A DNA stretch of 64,000 bases from Steroidobacteraceae bacterium. GTDB lineage: Bacteria > Pseudomonadota > Gammaproteobacteria > Steroidobacterales > Steroidobacteraceae. Under the pieces are notes generated by a model. That model saw only the letters and a program-made list of their open reading frames with translations, ran no database searches and was not told the DNA's origin. Shown here one piece after another: positions 20,274 through 30,405 of the stretch (position 1 is the first letter of the stretch; every line of letters starts with the position of its first letter). Both the position numbers and the translations under genes were made by a program. The stretch covers positions 21,680 to 85,679 of the forward strand of contig DASZSV010000084.1 in NCBI GenBank assembly GCA_035548495.1. The letters run 5' to 3'.

Positions 20274-21539
20274 ATGATCCGTGATGCAATTCCTTCTTAT
20301 AACAACTTTTATGAAGCCACGGCGCAGCGTGACGTTTATCCATCGTTGCAGGGCGAAATGCATGCGGACGTGTGCATCATCGGCGGCGGCATTACAGGAT
20401 GCTCGACGGCGTTGCACCTGTCGCAAATGGGTTATCGTGTCGTATTGCTGGAAAGCAACCGCATTGGACATGGCGCCTCCGGACGCAGCGGCGGACAGTT
20501 GTTACCGGGATATTCATGCGGACAACCAGCATTGCAACGGCAGCTCGGCAAGGATGATGCACACAGGTTATGGGACATTTCTGTCGAAGCCGTACAGCTT
20601 GCCATCGCGCTGATCAGACAACACCATATTGATTGCGATTTGCAATTCGGTCATCTGGATGTTGCGCTCAAGCCGCGTCATCGCGATGAGTTGCTGGAAC
20701 ATCAGCAACAATTGTCGCGTGAATACCATTATCAAACCCTGAAGATGATTGAAGGCGATGAATTGCTTTCACTCGTCAACTCACACCGATATATTGCCGG
20801 CCTCCATGATTCCGCATGTGCGCACATTCATCCCCTGAATTACACCCTGGGACTGGCAGGTGCTGCATCGCGCGCGGGCGCCCTGCTTTACGAACAGTCA
20901 AGCGTTGTTGGCATTGATCAATCCGTCAACGTCATTGGCATTCGCACTGAACATGGCAAGGTCAATGCGAACCAGATTGTGTTATGTGCCAACGTTGATA
21001 ACGTTGAAGTGGGCCGACAATCGCCGCGCATCATGCCGGTGGCCACTTGCATGATTGCAACAGAACCCCTTTCATGCGAAGTCGTGAAACCTGACATCGC
21101 CGTCAGCGATTGCAACTTCATTCTCGATTACTTCCGCATGAGCAACTCGCGATTGTTGTTTGGCGGCGGTGTGAGTTATTCCGGCCATGCCACTTCATTC
21201 AGCATGAGGCACATTCAACAACGCATGTTGAGAGTTTTTCCGCAGTTGCATGATGTAAAGATCGAATACGCCTGGTACGGCCTGCTGGACATCAGCATGA
21301 ATCGTGCGCCTGACTTCGGCCGCATCGGCAACAATGTCTATTACTTGCAGGGATTCTCCGGTCATGGTTTGGCGCTCGCGACCATGGCTGGCAAACTGGT
21401 GGCTGGCAGTATCGCCATGCAGAATGAACGGTTTGATTTATTCAGCCGGATCAAACACCGGCCTTTTCCCGGCGGTCCGTTGCGCACACCGTTGTTGATG
21501 CTGGCGATGTTGTGGTACCGGTTTCGCGATTTGATGTAG
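20274..21539 (+). CDS. puuB: FAD-dependent oxidoreductase, gamma-glutamylputrescine oxidase-like (DAO family)
   Basis: Start moved to MIRDAIPSYNNFY (ATG 20274); dinucleotide fold DVCIIGGGITGCSTAL; divergent from puuD. Confidence 0.75.
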   Translation: MIRDAIPSYNNFYEATAQRDVYPSLQGEMHADVCIIGGGITGCSTALHLSQMGYRVVLLESNRIGHGASGRSGGQLLPGYSCGQPALQRQLGKDDAHRLWDISVEAVQLAIALIRQHHIDCDLQFGHLDVALKPRHRDELLEHQQQLSREYHYQTLKMIEGDELLSLVNSHRYIAGLHDSACAHIHPLNYTLGLAGAASRAGALLYEQSSVVGIDQSVNVIGIRTEHGKVNANQIVLCANVDNVEVGRQSPRIMPVATCMIATEPLSCEVVKPDIAVSDCNFILDYFRMSNSRLLFGGGVSYSGHATSFSMRHIQQRMLRVFPQLHDVKIEYAWYGLLDISMNRAPDFGRIGNNVYYLQGFSGHGLALATMAGKLVAGSIAMQNERFDLFSRIKHRPFPGGPLRTPLLMLAMLWYRFRDLM

Positions 21540-21544
21540 GGATA

Positions 21545-22048
21545 TCATGCTGATGTAACGTGACTATTCTCTGCCGATGTCAGTTTGTGGAGCCGCCACC
21601 GGATCGTCACGATAGTAAAGAATGACCATGCAACGCAAATTACCCAGGCAATGAGTATTGGCGGAGCATCTTTTGTACTGAACTTGCCGATATCTCGGCC
21701 ACTCAACCACATAAACAATTTAACGCTTGCCAGAAATGTTATTAATATGCAGGTTCCCTGAACTATGGAAACAATGAACATCCCCGAGTAGGAACGTCTG
21801 TTCGCGCCCCGTCCGCACCACCATCCGAAACAAACGCCTTCCACAGCGGGCATAAACAGAGAAATCAAGTATGGAAGCCGATTGGTAACGCCATTGGACA
21901 ACATGATCAATGCGCCGGCAACTGGAAACAGGATCAACGGCAACATAAAAATAATACCAACATTGACGCCGGTTTCCGCTGAATTGGCCTGAATGCCAGA
22001 TCCAAGCTGCGACACGGGCGGCAAATAAGGGTTTTGCGTTTTGCCCAT
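21545..22048 (-). CDS. small polytopic membrane protein, unknown function
   Basis: Start moved to MGKTQNPYLPP (ATG 22048, GAGGCGG SD) because the longer track ORF overlaps the upstream gene; about four hydrophobic segments. Confidence 0.5.
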   Translation of the reverse strand: MGKTQNPYLPPVSQLGSGIQANSAETGVNVGIIFMLPLILFPVAGALIMLSNGVTNRLPYLISLFMPAVEGVCFGWWCGRGANRRSYSGMFIVSIVQGTCILITFLASVKLFMWLSGRDIGKFSTKDAPPILIAWVICVAWSFFTIVTIRWRLHKLTSAENSHVTSA

Positions 22049-22070
22049 TTTTTTATCGCCGCCTCTGCTT

Positions 22071-23684
22071 TCAATGTTTCTTTTTTTGCAATTCGTATGC
22101 CTGACGATCGAAATTTGAATACTCCACGCTCCACGTCGATCCGTCATCCGACGAATGCCAGATTGCTGCGTATCCAAATTGAGCACCGGCTTCAACGCCC
22201 AGCAAGCCCTGTGCCGGCAGCGGCACCAGATTCGCTTCGATACCAAACTTGTTGCTGCAAATAGTCCATGTCTTGCCCTGATCCATGCTTCTTTGCAATT
22301 CGCTGTGTGAAAACGGCCCGCCGCCCGCAACCAGCAAAGCGCCATCTGCAAGTACGCGCGGTGCGTACATCTTCACTTTATATGGCGACTGGACAACCTG
22401 CCACGTAGCGCCATCGTCATAGGACACATACATGTGTGCAAACATACCGCCAAACCCGCCTCCGGGTGAAGTCAGGATGCCAAGGCCCTTTTCACTGGGA
22501 GCGATGGTGATGAGACGGTCGTTGTTCGGCGCGTGTGCTTCGGACCATTTATCCGTGGCAAAGTCGTAACTTCGAATAATGCCTTGCGAAATTGCATATG
22601 AAAAACCATGCTGTGTTCGCCACATCCAGAAACTGTTGGCGCCCGACCAGAAACTGAACGCCATATTTTCCACACGCATGGGCGCCCAATCACCATGATC
22701 GAGTTTCATCGAGTGATACAGCGTCACTTTGTCTTTTTCCTGATCGGCAACGTACCATCCAGCACTTGAATTGCCGGCCACGTACAACAGATTTCCAGGA
22801 GGAAGGTTGCCGGAATCAAGTGTTGAAAGTTTCCCGCCGGTATCCAGCCGCACAATGGTGTTGAACTCGCCAACCGCAACAGCAAGTGCATTGACACCAT
22901 CGACATCACCTGACAACACGGGCGTAACGGCCAGCAATGAGTTCAAATCACCGGTTCGAACAGCCCGCCAGCGGCCATTGTGATTTCTGATCAACAGCGT
23001 ACCCAACCGGCTGGCCGCGATAACACTGCCATCCTTGAGTTCAGCCGGTGTGTCGGCGCCAACCGGGCGATCCATCGCATATTCTTCAACGCGATCATGT
23101 TCAGAACGCGGATTGATCCAGCCATTGGTGACTTCGTGATCGTATATGGCCGCATTTGACGGCGAAAAGCGTTTCACCAATCCGGTATTCGAGGTGATCA
23201 ACTCACTTCGTCCCATCAGCAGGAACGAATTGATTGGCGTCATGACAATACGCCCCAGATCAGCAACCTTTCCGGCGGTAACGTGAATATTCCCGATCAG
23301 CTTCTTTGCACCATCACCAAACGGCACATAGATGGTTCCAACATTGAACTGGTCGAATGCATAGTCGCCTTCAGGAAGGATGCCGATAAACAACGCCGTG
23401 TCTCGCGCCAGACTGGCAGCCACATTGTGCAACACTTCTATTTTTTCGGGCTGATCCTGACGCCTGTTCTGCAGTTGCAATTGGATCGACTCAATTTGGC
23501 CCACCTGACCCGTGTTTCCGGTGACTGAAACAACCACATATCCTTCATTCTTGTCTGCCACCGCTTTGGATGGTTCAGGTGCGTTGCTGATCGAAACGCA
23601 TCCGCCAATCAACTGGCTTCCGAGCACCAGCCCCGCAAAACGCAGCAGCCATTTACGCTGCAACAGATGCTTTTTATTGATCAT
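22071..23684 (-). CDS. predicted lipoprotein with C-terminal BNR/Asp-box beta-propeller (Ycf48/sortilin-like)
   Basis: Start moved to MINKKHLL...LIGGC lipobox (ATG 23684, AAGGA SD); Asp-box motifs SYDDGATW, SMDQGKTW, SSDDGSTW. Confidence 0.65.
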   Translation of the reverse strand: MINKKHLLQRKWLLRFAGLVLGSQLIGGCVSISNAPEPSKAVADKNEGYVVVSVTGNTGQVGQIESIQLQLQNRRQDQPEKIEVLHNVAASLARDTALFIGILPEGDYAFDQFNVGTIYVPFGDGAKKLIGNIHVTAGKVADLGRIVMTPINSFLLMGRSELITSNTGLVKRFSPSNAAIYDHEVTNGWINPRSEHDRVEEYAMDRPVGADTPAELKDGSVIAASRLGTLLIRNHNGRWRAVRTGDLNSLLAVTPVLSGDVDGVNALAVAVGEFNTIVRLDTGGKLSTLDSGNLPPGNLLYVAGNSSAGWYVADQEKDKVTLYHSMKLDHGDWAPMRVENMAFSFWSGANSFWMWRTQHGFSYAISQGIIRSYDFATDKWSEAHAPNNDRLITIAPSEKGLGILTSPGGGFGGMFAHMYVSYDDGATWQVVQSPYKVKMYAPRVLADGALLVAGGGPFSHSELQRSMDQGKTWTICSNKFGIEANLVPLPAQGLLGVEAGAQFGYAAIWHSSDDGSTWSVEYSNFDRQAYELQKKKH

Positions 23685-23977
23685 GTGTACGGAGTCCTTG
23701 CGATTGAAATGTCTTCCGATATCACGCCTTTTGCGCAGCGACTTGAAAAAGCAGGAGAGTTTATTTTTCAACAACCTGTTAAAGAATAACACACCGGATT
23801 ATCACGCCACTACTGGCCGTTTCAGGAGAAAGGATGAGGCCGGTCTGCCAGACATTCAGTGCCTAGTCCGCAACAGATATAACCATACAAGGGGACTTTG
23901 GACACCGGCTGGAGCCCAAGTAGATGAGATCGGCGTGAAGTCGCCACAATGATTCAGACAGGCTCAAGCAAGCCCTG

Positions 23978-24334
23978 TCACTCTCCCCTGTATTCACACC
24001 CGCTGGTACAGGTTTCATGCACCACTACTTTGGATAACAACGGCAGTACAGGTTTGGTTGTCTTCCATATCCAGCGTGCGAGATTTTCGCTGGTGGGATT
24101 TTCAAGTCCCGCAATATCATTGAGATAATGATGATCGAGTTGATCGTAAATCGGCTGAAAGGCCTGCTTTACATCGGCAAAGTCCATCACCCAACCGCTG
24201 TGTGCATCCACATCACCGGACAAATGCAGTTCGATGCGGAATGAATGTCCATGCAATCGCGAGCATTTATGACCCGCGGGCACATGTGGCAGACGATGCG
24301 CGGCTTCAATGGTGAAGATGCGGAAGATATCCAT
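23978..24334 (-). CDS. queD: 6-carboxy-5,6,7,8-tetrahydropterin synthase
   Basis: 118 aa from [16 protein letters not shown] (ATG 24334); motifs [26 protein letters not shown]. Confidence 0.9.
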   Translation of the reverse strand: MDIFRIFTIEAAHRLPHVPAGHKCSRLHGHSFRIELHLSGDVDAHSGWVMDFADVKQAFQPIYDQLDHHYLNDIAGLENPTSENLARWIWKTTKPVLPLLSKVVVHETCTSGCEYRGE

Positions 24335-24383
24335 GATGATCACACGCCGCTGATTGCGGCATCGTGTGTAATGGTTTTGGCGA

Positions 24384-24812
24384 TCAGGCAGCCTTGCGTT
24401 TGCGGCTGGTGCAACTGCACGTGCCACAGGCACAGCGCACCGAATTGCAGTCGGTGCATACGGAGAAATCCACTGAACCAAAATGACGACGGCAACTTTC
24501 GCAATAAGGCTTGCGGCGTGACACGCGGGCGAGACGATAGGCGTCAACGCTGATGGCGGAATCCTGCATCACATCGGCCTCGCACACACCCAGATCCTTG
24601 TTGACAATGTCGCGGCGGAACGTGGTGGCCGACATGCTGTTGATCTTGAACAGGCGCAGTTGATCCTTGTTGATACCCATTTGTGCAACCGGATCGTAAA
24701 TCACCACCCCCAGCTTGGGATGGAACCGCACCTGAAAAGATTCACTGCTCATGGCCTTGCCTGATACTGTTCGCGTAAAGAGACCGCAATTTTGCGGCAA
24801 TGCTGTTGTCAT
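24384..24812 (-). CDS. hypothetical protein with C-terminal Cys-rich (zinc-ribbon-like) tail
   Basis: C-terminus [31 protein letters not shown]; same strand, 50 bp upstream of queD; start ambiguous (ATG 24812 or 24752, neither with good SD). Confidence 0.45.
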   Translation of the reverse strand: MTTALPQNCGLFTRTVSGKAMSSESFQVRFHPKLGVVIYDPVAQMGINKDQLRLFKINSMSATTFRRDIVNKDLGVCEADVMQDSAISVDAYRLARVSRRKPYCESCRRHFGSVDFSVCTDCNSVRCACGTCSCTSRKRKAA

Positions 24813-24896
24813 GGCAACGGGTTAAGGGGGTTGATTACCCTTAATTTTCCAATTTTGCCCTGAAATTTAAGGATTACGCACCATCACGGCCTGCAA

Positions 24897-27119
24897 TCAA
24901 CTCCCGCAGGGGCGAGTTATGGCAAAGCAGCAATGAATCTTTGGATTGCGCTCAAAGTCCTTCGGCAAAGTCTGCCGCGACCAGTCTTCAATTGTGAACG
25001 TTGCCAGAGCCTCACGATCCAGCTTGAAGCGTGTGTAATTGTTGGAAAAAATGATCATGCCGCCGGGCGCCAGCAGTTCGGCCGTCAAATGCAGTAATCG
25101 CACATGGTCTTTCTGGATATCGAAATCCTGATCCATGCGTTTGGATCGCGAGAAGGTCGGCGGATCAACAAAAATCAGATCATATTGCCGCTGCTTTGCT
25201 TGTGCTTCATGCGATAACCATTGCAGACAATCGGCCTGAATGAATTCGTGCTGTGCATTCAACAGGCCATTCAATTTCAGATTGCGTTCTGCCCAGTCGA
25301 GATAGGTGTTGGACATGTCAACAGTGGTGGAACTCACCGCACTACCCGCTGCCGCATACACCGTCGCTGATCCGGTGTAAGCAAACAGATTGAGAAAACG
25401 CTTGCCCCTGGCCAGTTCAAAAATTTTCTGCCGCGTGATGCGATGATCCAGAAATAATCCCGTGTCCAGATAATCAGTGAAGTTCACGTAGAAACGGAAA
25501 GCGCCTTCACTGACGATATGCGAATCGTGCCGTGAATCCAGCTTCTCGTACTGGGTGTTATCGCTTTGCTGCTTGCGGGTGCGCACATGGATACGTTCGC
25601 GCGGCACTTCCAGCACTTCCGGCAACACCGAAAGAAATTGCAGGCGGCGAGTGCGTGCAGCATCGCGATTTACCGTTTCAGGCGCAGCATATTCCTGCAC
25701 ATAAGCCCAGTTGAGTTTTTCATCTTCGGCGGACCCATACAGATCGACCGCAAAGGAATACTCCGGCATGTCGGCATCATAGACACGATAACAACGAATA
25801 TCATTCTTGTGCGCCCATGCATTCAGCGCCTTCAGATTCTTGCGCAACCTGTTGGCCACCATGTCTGCGCCGGGTTGCTTGCGGGCTTCGTCGAGCCGGT
25901 CATCAAAACTGGGTCGCGACTCCGGTGTATTGAAACTGGATGTTTCAATTTCAAAGCGTAACAGCCGGCACTCCAGCGCGCCGTTATATAATGTGTGGGA
26001 CCGTTTGGCATTGATGCGCAATTCTTTGGCGAGTGGCGGGTTGCCGGTGAACACTGCCGCTTTCCAGCCGGAAAAATGTTCGCGTAATTTTGTTCCAAGC
26101 TCTTCGTACAAACCACGCAGGCGATCCGCATCGCCAATGCGTTCGCCATACGGCGGATTGGTTACCAGCATTCCCTGCTCGCCGAGTTCATTGACCAGCG
26201 CCGACAACATGCGTTTTTCAAAGTGAACAAGTTCACGCAGTCCCGCGCGTTCGGCATTCTCCAATGCAGCACGAATCGCAAAGGCATCCTGATCGTAACC
26301 CACCAGTTTCAATTTACCTGTTGACTTGCCTTCGCGCGCACGTTGCGATGCGTCGTCGAGCAGGCGTTGCCACAACTCGGCATCATGTCCGCGCCACCGC
26401 ACCATGCCCCAATGTACTTTGTTCTGTACACGTAACAAGCCGGGCGCAACATCACAGGCCATCAAGGCCGCTTCGATGATAAGTGTTCCCGATCCACACA
26501 TGGGATCGAGCAATGCATACTGTTCCTTCGCCAACGCGGGCCAGTTACAGCGTAACAAAATCGCAGCGGCCAGATTTTCTTTTAACGGTGCAGCCACACC
26601 ACGTGCGCGATAACCACGGCGATGCAGGCTGTCACCTGACAAATCAATACTCACCGTTGCCTGTTCACGATGCGCATGTATATTGATTTGCACATTGGGC
26701 GTATCGACATCCACTGAAGGACGCTCGCCAAAGCGATCCCGGAATTGATCGACAATGGCATCCTTGGTTTTCAGCGCACCGAACTGCGTATGAGTGACGC
26801 CTTTTGACGTGCCCTGAAAATCCACCGCCAGCGTTCCATTGGGTGAAAGATGTGTTGCCCAGTCTATTCTCTGCAATCCTTGGTACATGGCATTGGCATC
26901 GTGCGCGGCCACTTGCGCAATCGGCATGAGAATGCGATTGGCGGTTCGTGACCACAAACAGGCGCGATAGGCAGTTTCCAGCGTGCCTTCAAACTCCACA
27001 CCGGCTTTCATTTCGCGCGCACGCGTTGCGCCACAGGCTTTCAATTCTGTAGCAAGTAAGTCGGCCACACCCAGGGGACAGGTGGCAAAGAATTTTTGCG
27101 ATGGGGATTCGTTAGTCAC
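24897..27119 (-). CDS. rlmL: bifunctional 23S rRNA m2G2445/m7G2069 methyltransferase RlmKL
   Basis: 740 aa; FFATCPLG N-terminus, THUMP region, two SAM-MTase domains (DPMCGSGT, NPPYGER; LNLFAYTG, VDPPTFS); start codon 27119 is GTG. Confidence 0.9.
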   Translation of the reverse strand: MTNESPSQKFFATCPLGVADLLATELKACGATRAREMKAGVEFEGTLETAYRACLWSRTANRILMPIAQVAAHDANAMYQGLQRIDWATHLSPNGTLAVDFQGTSKGVTHTQFGALKTKDAIVDQFRDRFGERPSVDVDTPNVQINIHAHREQATVSIDLSGDSLHRRGYRARGVAAPLKENLAAAILLRCNWPALAKEQYALLDPMCGSGTLIIEAALMACDVAPGLLRVQNKVHWGMVRWRGHDAELWQRLLDDASQRAREGKSTGKLKLVGYDQDAFAIRAALENAERAGLRELVHFEKRMLSALVNELGEQGMLVTNPPYGERIGDADRLRGLYEELGTKLREHFSGWKAAVFTGNPPLAKELRINAKRSHTLYNGALECRLLRFEIETSSFNTPESRPSFDDRLDEARKQPGADMVANRLRKNLKALNAWAHKNDIRCYRVYDADMPEYSFAVDLYGSAEDEKLNWAYVQEYAAPETVNRDAARTRRLQFLSVLPEVLEVPRERIHVRTRKQQSDNTQYEKLDSRHDSHIVSEGAFRFYVNFTDYLDTGLFLDHRITRQKIFELARGKRFLNLFAYTGSATVYAAAGSAVSSTTVDMSNTYLDWAERNLKLNGLLNAQHEFIQADCLQWLSHEAQAKQRQYDLIFVDPPTFSRSKRMDQDFDIQKDHVRLLHLTAELLAPGGMIIFSNNYTRFKLDREALATFTIEDWSRQTLPKDFERNPKIHCCFAITRPCGS

Positions 27120-27405
27120 AAGATATTCGCTTCATTTTATAAAGTATGGCCAGCCTCATATTGCCAAGGCTTGTCATTGCCGGTCAGTAGTCACATCATC
27201 ATTTGCCTGCTCAGCAGACTCCACACTCCAATACATAGCTTGACGTGCCGAGCAACTGACGCCAACAATTCTGTTGAACACGCAGGCCTTGCCGTAACCT
27301 TAACTTTTTCCATACTCGGTGGTGATTCTGCAACGACAAAGCCTTTGCAACAGGCAGCTCAATACACCAACGAACAGCCATTCACTCAGTAATTCACAGA
27401 CGCGC

Positions 27406-27598
27406 GGCAAGGAGACGAGGTTAATCAATTGCAGAATCACATCATTACACACCGACACTAAAATGAGATTGGCCTGCGTGGTAGAAATGTCCACCAGAGA
27501 ATATCAAAAGGTAAGTAGCAAGACGTCATTAAATGCTGCACGAAGCAGGCAGGCGATGCGGCCAAACCTGTGCAATTGATGAACCTCGTCCCCTTGCC
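27406..27598. repeat. 193-bp MITE-like element or long-range stem bounded by 27-bp inverted repeats
   Basis: 27406-27432 ggcaaggagacgaggttaatcaattgc versus reverse complement of 27572-27598 ggcaaggggacgaggttcatcaattgc (25/27); right arm ends 8 nt from the lysS stop. Confidence 0.5.
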
Positions 27599-27605
27599 AT
27601 GCGTC

Positions 27606-29102
27606 TTACACTTCCGGCCTCATGTGCGGGAACAACAGCACATCACGAATGGAATCGGAATTGGTCATCAACATGACCAGACGATCAATGCCAATACCGA
27701 GACCCGCAGTGGGCGGCAATCCATATTCCAGTGCGCGAATGTAATCGGCATCGAAGAACATGGCTTCATCATCGCCCGCCGACTTGCGATCCACCTGTTC
27801 CTGGAAACGCTGCGCCTGATCTTCGGGATCGTTCAACTCAGAAAATCCATTTGCCAACTCGCGACCGCAGACAAAGAACTCAAAGCGATCCGTAATGAAT
27901 GGATCGGCATCATTGCGTCGTGCCAGCGGCGACACTTCGGCCGGATAGGCATAGACAAAGGTCGGTTGCTGCAGGCGATGCTCACCGGTCTTCTCGAAGA
28001 TTTCGATTTGCAGTTTGCCTGCACCATCCGAATCCTTGTACGGCAACTTCAACTTGTCACACCACGAACGCAAGTAGGCAATGTCACGCAGCTTGCTGCG
28101 ATCAAAGTCCGCATTGAACTGCATGATGACTTCTTCAACCGTGATGCGTTGGAATGGCTGCGAGAAATCGAGTTGTATGCCTTCCCACCGCAATTGACGC
28201 GTGCCAATCACGGTATCGCACAGACCGTGGAACAGACGTTCCACCAGATTCATAAGATCATGATAATCCGCATAGGCCTGATACAACTCCACCATGGTGA
28301 ATTCGGGGTTGTGTCGTGTTGACAGACCTTCATTGCGGAAGCTGCGATTGATTTCATACACGCGCTCAAAGCCGCCAACAACCAGACGTTTGAGATACAG
28401 CTCTGGCGCGATGCGCAGATACATCTGCATATCCAGTGCATTGTGATGGGTAACGAAAGGCCGCGCAGTGGCGCCACCGGGAATGACCTGCAACATCGGC
28501 GTTTCCACTTCCATGAAATCCAGCGAGTCGAGAAAGTTGCGTAGATACTTGATCACCTGCACGCGGGTGCGAAACACCCTGCGGCTGTCTTCATTGATGA
28601 TGAGATCTACGTAACGTTGACGGTAACGTGTTTCATGATCGGAAAGTCCATGCCACTTGTCGGGCAGGGGACGCAATGATTTCACCAGCAAACGCAGCCG
28701 TGACACCTTGACGGAAAGTTCACCGGTCTTGGTTTTGAACAAGGTGCCCTCAGCGGCGACGATGTCACCTACGTCCCATGATTTGAACGCATCATATGTT
28801 TCGTTGAGCGATGCCTGCTGCAAAAACAATTGCAACTGCCCGCTGCGATCCTGAATTTTTACAAAGCTGGCCTTGCCCATGATGCGCTTGGCCATCATGC
28901 GGCCGCTGACTTTCACATTCACTGTATTGGTTTCAAACCAGGTCGTGTCGTGTTCGTTGTAGGCAGTGAAAATATCGTCAGCCAGTGCATCACGACGAAA
29001 ATCATTGGGGAATGCCTGCCCGTGTTCGCGCAGCCTGTCGAGTTTGGCGCGGCGCTCGGCAATCAGCTTGTTCTCGTCTGGTGGAATTTCGTTTTCGGTC
29101 AT
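27606..29102 (-). CDS. lysS: lysine--tRNA ligase (class II)
   Basis: 498 aa; OB anticodon domain plus class II motifs ([16 protein letters not shown]); downstream of prfB as in E. coli. Confidence 0.95.
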   Translation of the reverse strand: MTENEIPPDENKLIAERRAKLDRLREHGQAFPNDFRRDALADDIFTAYNEHDTTWFETNTVNVKVSGRMMAKRIMGKASFVKIQDRSGQLQLFLQQASLNETYDAFKSWDVGDIVAAEGTLFKTKTGELSVKVSRLRLLVKSLRPLPDKWHGLSDHETRYRQRYVDLIINEDSRRVFRTRVQVIKYLRNFLDSLDFMEVETPMLQVIPGGATARPFVTHHNALDMQMYLRIAPELYLKRLVVGGFERVYEINRSFRNEGLSTRHNPEFTMVELYQAYADYHDLMNLVERLFHGLCDTVIGTRQLRWEGIQLDFSQPFQRITVEEVIMQFNADFDRSKLRDIAYLRSWCDKLKLPYKDSDGAGKLQIEIFEKTGEHRLQQPTFVYAYPAEVSPLARRNDADPFITDRFEFFVCGRELANGFSELNDPEDQAQRFQEQVDRKSAGDDEAMFFDADYIRALEYGLPPTAGLGIGIDRLVMLMTNSDSIRDVLLFPHMRPEV

Positions 29103-29155
29103 GATCTTCTCAACATATCACTTCATTCATTACAGCGCGGCTACTTGTACATAGT

Positions 29156-29177
29156 CATTCCCGCTTACGCGGGAATG
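29156..29177. repeat. REP hairpin (family 3) CATTCCCGC-TTAC-GCGGGAATG
   Basis: Perfect 9-bp stem; related copy at 45629-45648. Confidence 0.6.
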
Positions 29178-29263
29178 GCTCATCAAAATCTTTGCAACAT
29201 CACCAAACCAAGTCAATGCACCACATGAGGCAAGCCGCGCCGAACAAGCATCAAGCTATTTAC

Positions 29264-29303
29264 CCCTCACCCCCGCCCCCTCTCCCTCAAGGGGCGAGGG
29301 GAG
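29264..29303. repeat. REP element (family 1) CCCCTCACCCCCGCCCCCTCTCCCTCAAGGGGCGAGGGGAG
   Basis: Same motif at 42625-42666, 42913-42951 (inverted), 44328-44351. Confidence 0.75.
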
Positions 29304-29309
29304 CATGAT

Positions 29310-30405
29310 TTAAAGCCCCTGTTTCAAACTCGCTTCCATGAATTGATCCAGATCACCGTCCAGCACCGCTGTGGTGTTACCCACTTCAACACCGGTGCGT
29401 AAATCTTTAATACGCGATTGATCCAGCACGTAGGAACGAATCTGGTTGCCCCAGCTGACATCGGATTTCGAATCTTCCAGCACCTGTGCTGCTGCATTGC
29501 GCTTGTTCACTTCCAGCTCGTACAACTTGGCTTTCAGCATCTTCATCGCCTTGTCGCGATTCTTGTGTTGTGAACGTTCCGCCTGACACGCGACGACAAT
29601 ACCGGATGGCACATGCGTGATTCGCACGGCGGATTCAGTTTTATTCACATGCTGACCACCGGCGCCGCTGGAACGGTATACATCGGTTTTCAGATCAGCA
29701 GGATTGATGGTGATGTCGATATCATCATCCACTTCAGGTGAAACGAACACCGACGCAAACGAAGTATGGCGACGCGCATTGGAATCGAAGGGTGATTTGC
29801 GCACCAGACGATGCACACCGGTTTCGGTACGCAGCCAGCCATAGGCATAGTCTCCTTCAAAACTGATGCTGCAACTCTTGATGCCCGCCACTTCTCCGCC
29901 ATTGGCGTCGGTCACTTCGGTTTTGAATCCATGTTGATCGCCCCAGCGCAGGTACATGCGCATCAACATATTGGCCCAGTCCTGTGCCTCGGTGCCGCCC
30001 GCGCCCGCTTGAATATCGAGATAGGCATTGTGCGAATCCATCTTGCCGGGAAACATGCGGCGGAATTCCAGGTTCTTTACATCGCGTTCGGCTGCCTGCA
30101 CATCGCGCGCAACCTCGGCAATGGCATTGTTATCGTTCTCGGCGACTGCCATGTCCAGCAATTCACCGGCATCCGTCAAGCTGCGATGAATGCGGTCCAG
30201 TAACCCGACTGTCTGTTCCAGTTTGGCGCGTTCACGCCCCAGTTCCTGCGCGCGTTCGGGCGTATCCCAGATCTTTGGATCTTCCAGTTCGCGATTGACC
30301 TCAGTCAGCCGCTCGCTTTTGTTGTCGTATTCAAAGAAACCCCCTTAACGCAGTGCTGCGTGTCATGAGGTCTTCAATGCTGCGGCGAATCGGATTGACT
30401 TCCAT
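29310..30405 (-). CDS. prfB: peptide chain release factor 2, expressed via programmed +1 frameshift: complement(join(29310..30332,30334..30405))
   Basis: Frame 0 [24 protein letters not shown] then TGA; +1 frame continues [23 protein letters not shown]... into the 289-aa track ORF; SPF and GGQ (SGAGGQHVN) motifs. Confidence 0.95.
30331..30345 (-). promoter_or_regulatory. prfB +1 frameshift site: internal SD-like AGGGGG, 3-nt spacer, CTT TGA
   Basis: Minus strand reads AGG GGG TTT CTT TGA A; E. coli site is AGG GGG TAT CTT TGA C. Confidence 0.9.

Noticed and set aside
23978-24547. 189-aa extended version of queD, and similar long N-terminal extensions in the track (17973-19409, 20079-21539, 21545-22351, 22071-23792, 42974-44383, 59303-59623, 59607-60554)
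   Set aside because: The extensions run through REPs or intergenic DNA, or overlap neighbouring genes, and they lack family similarity. Internal ATGs with SDs or signal peptides give proteins of canonical length.
24822-24848. Hairpin TTAAGGG-N9-CCCTTAA followed by TTTT on the plus strand
   Set aside because: It looks like an intrinsic terminator only on the plus strand, where no gene ends. On the minus strand (downstream of rlmL) it lacks a U-tract. I leave it as an unexplained hairpin.
27570-28322. 250-aa plus-strand ORF opposite lysS
   Set aside because: Shadow ORF of a highly conserved gene, with no independent support.
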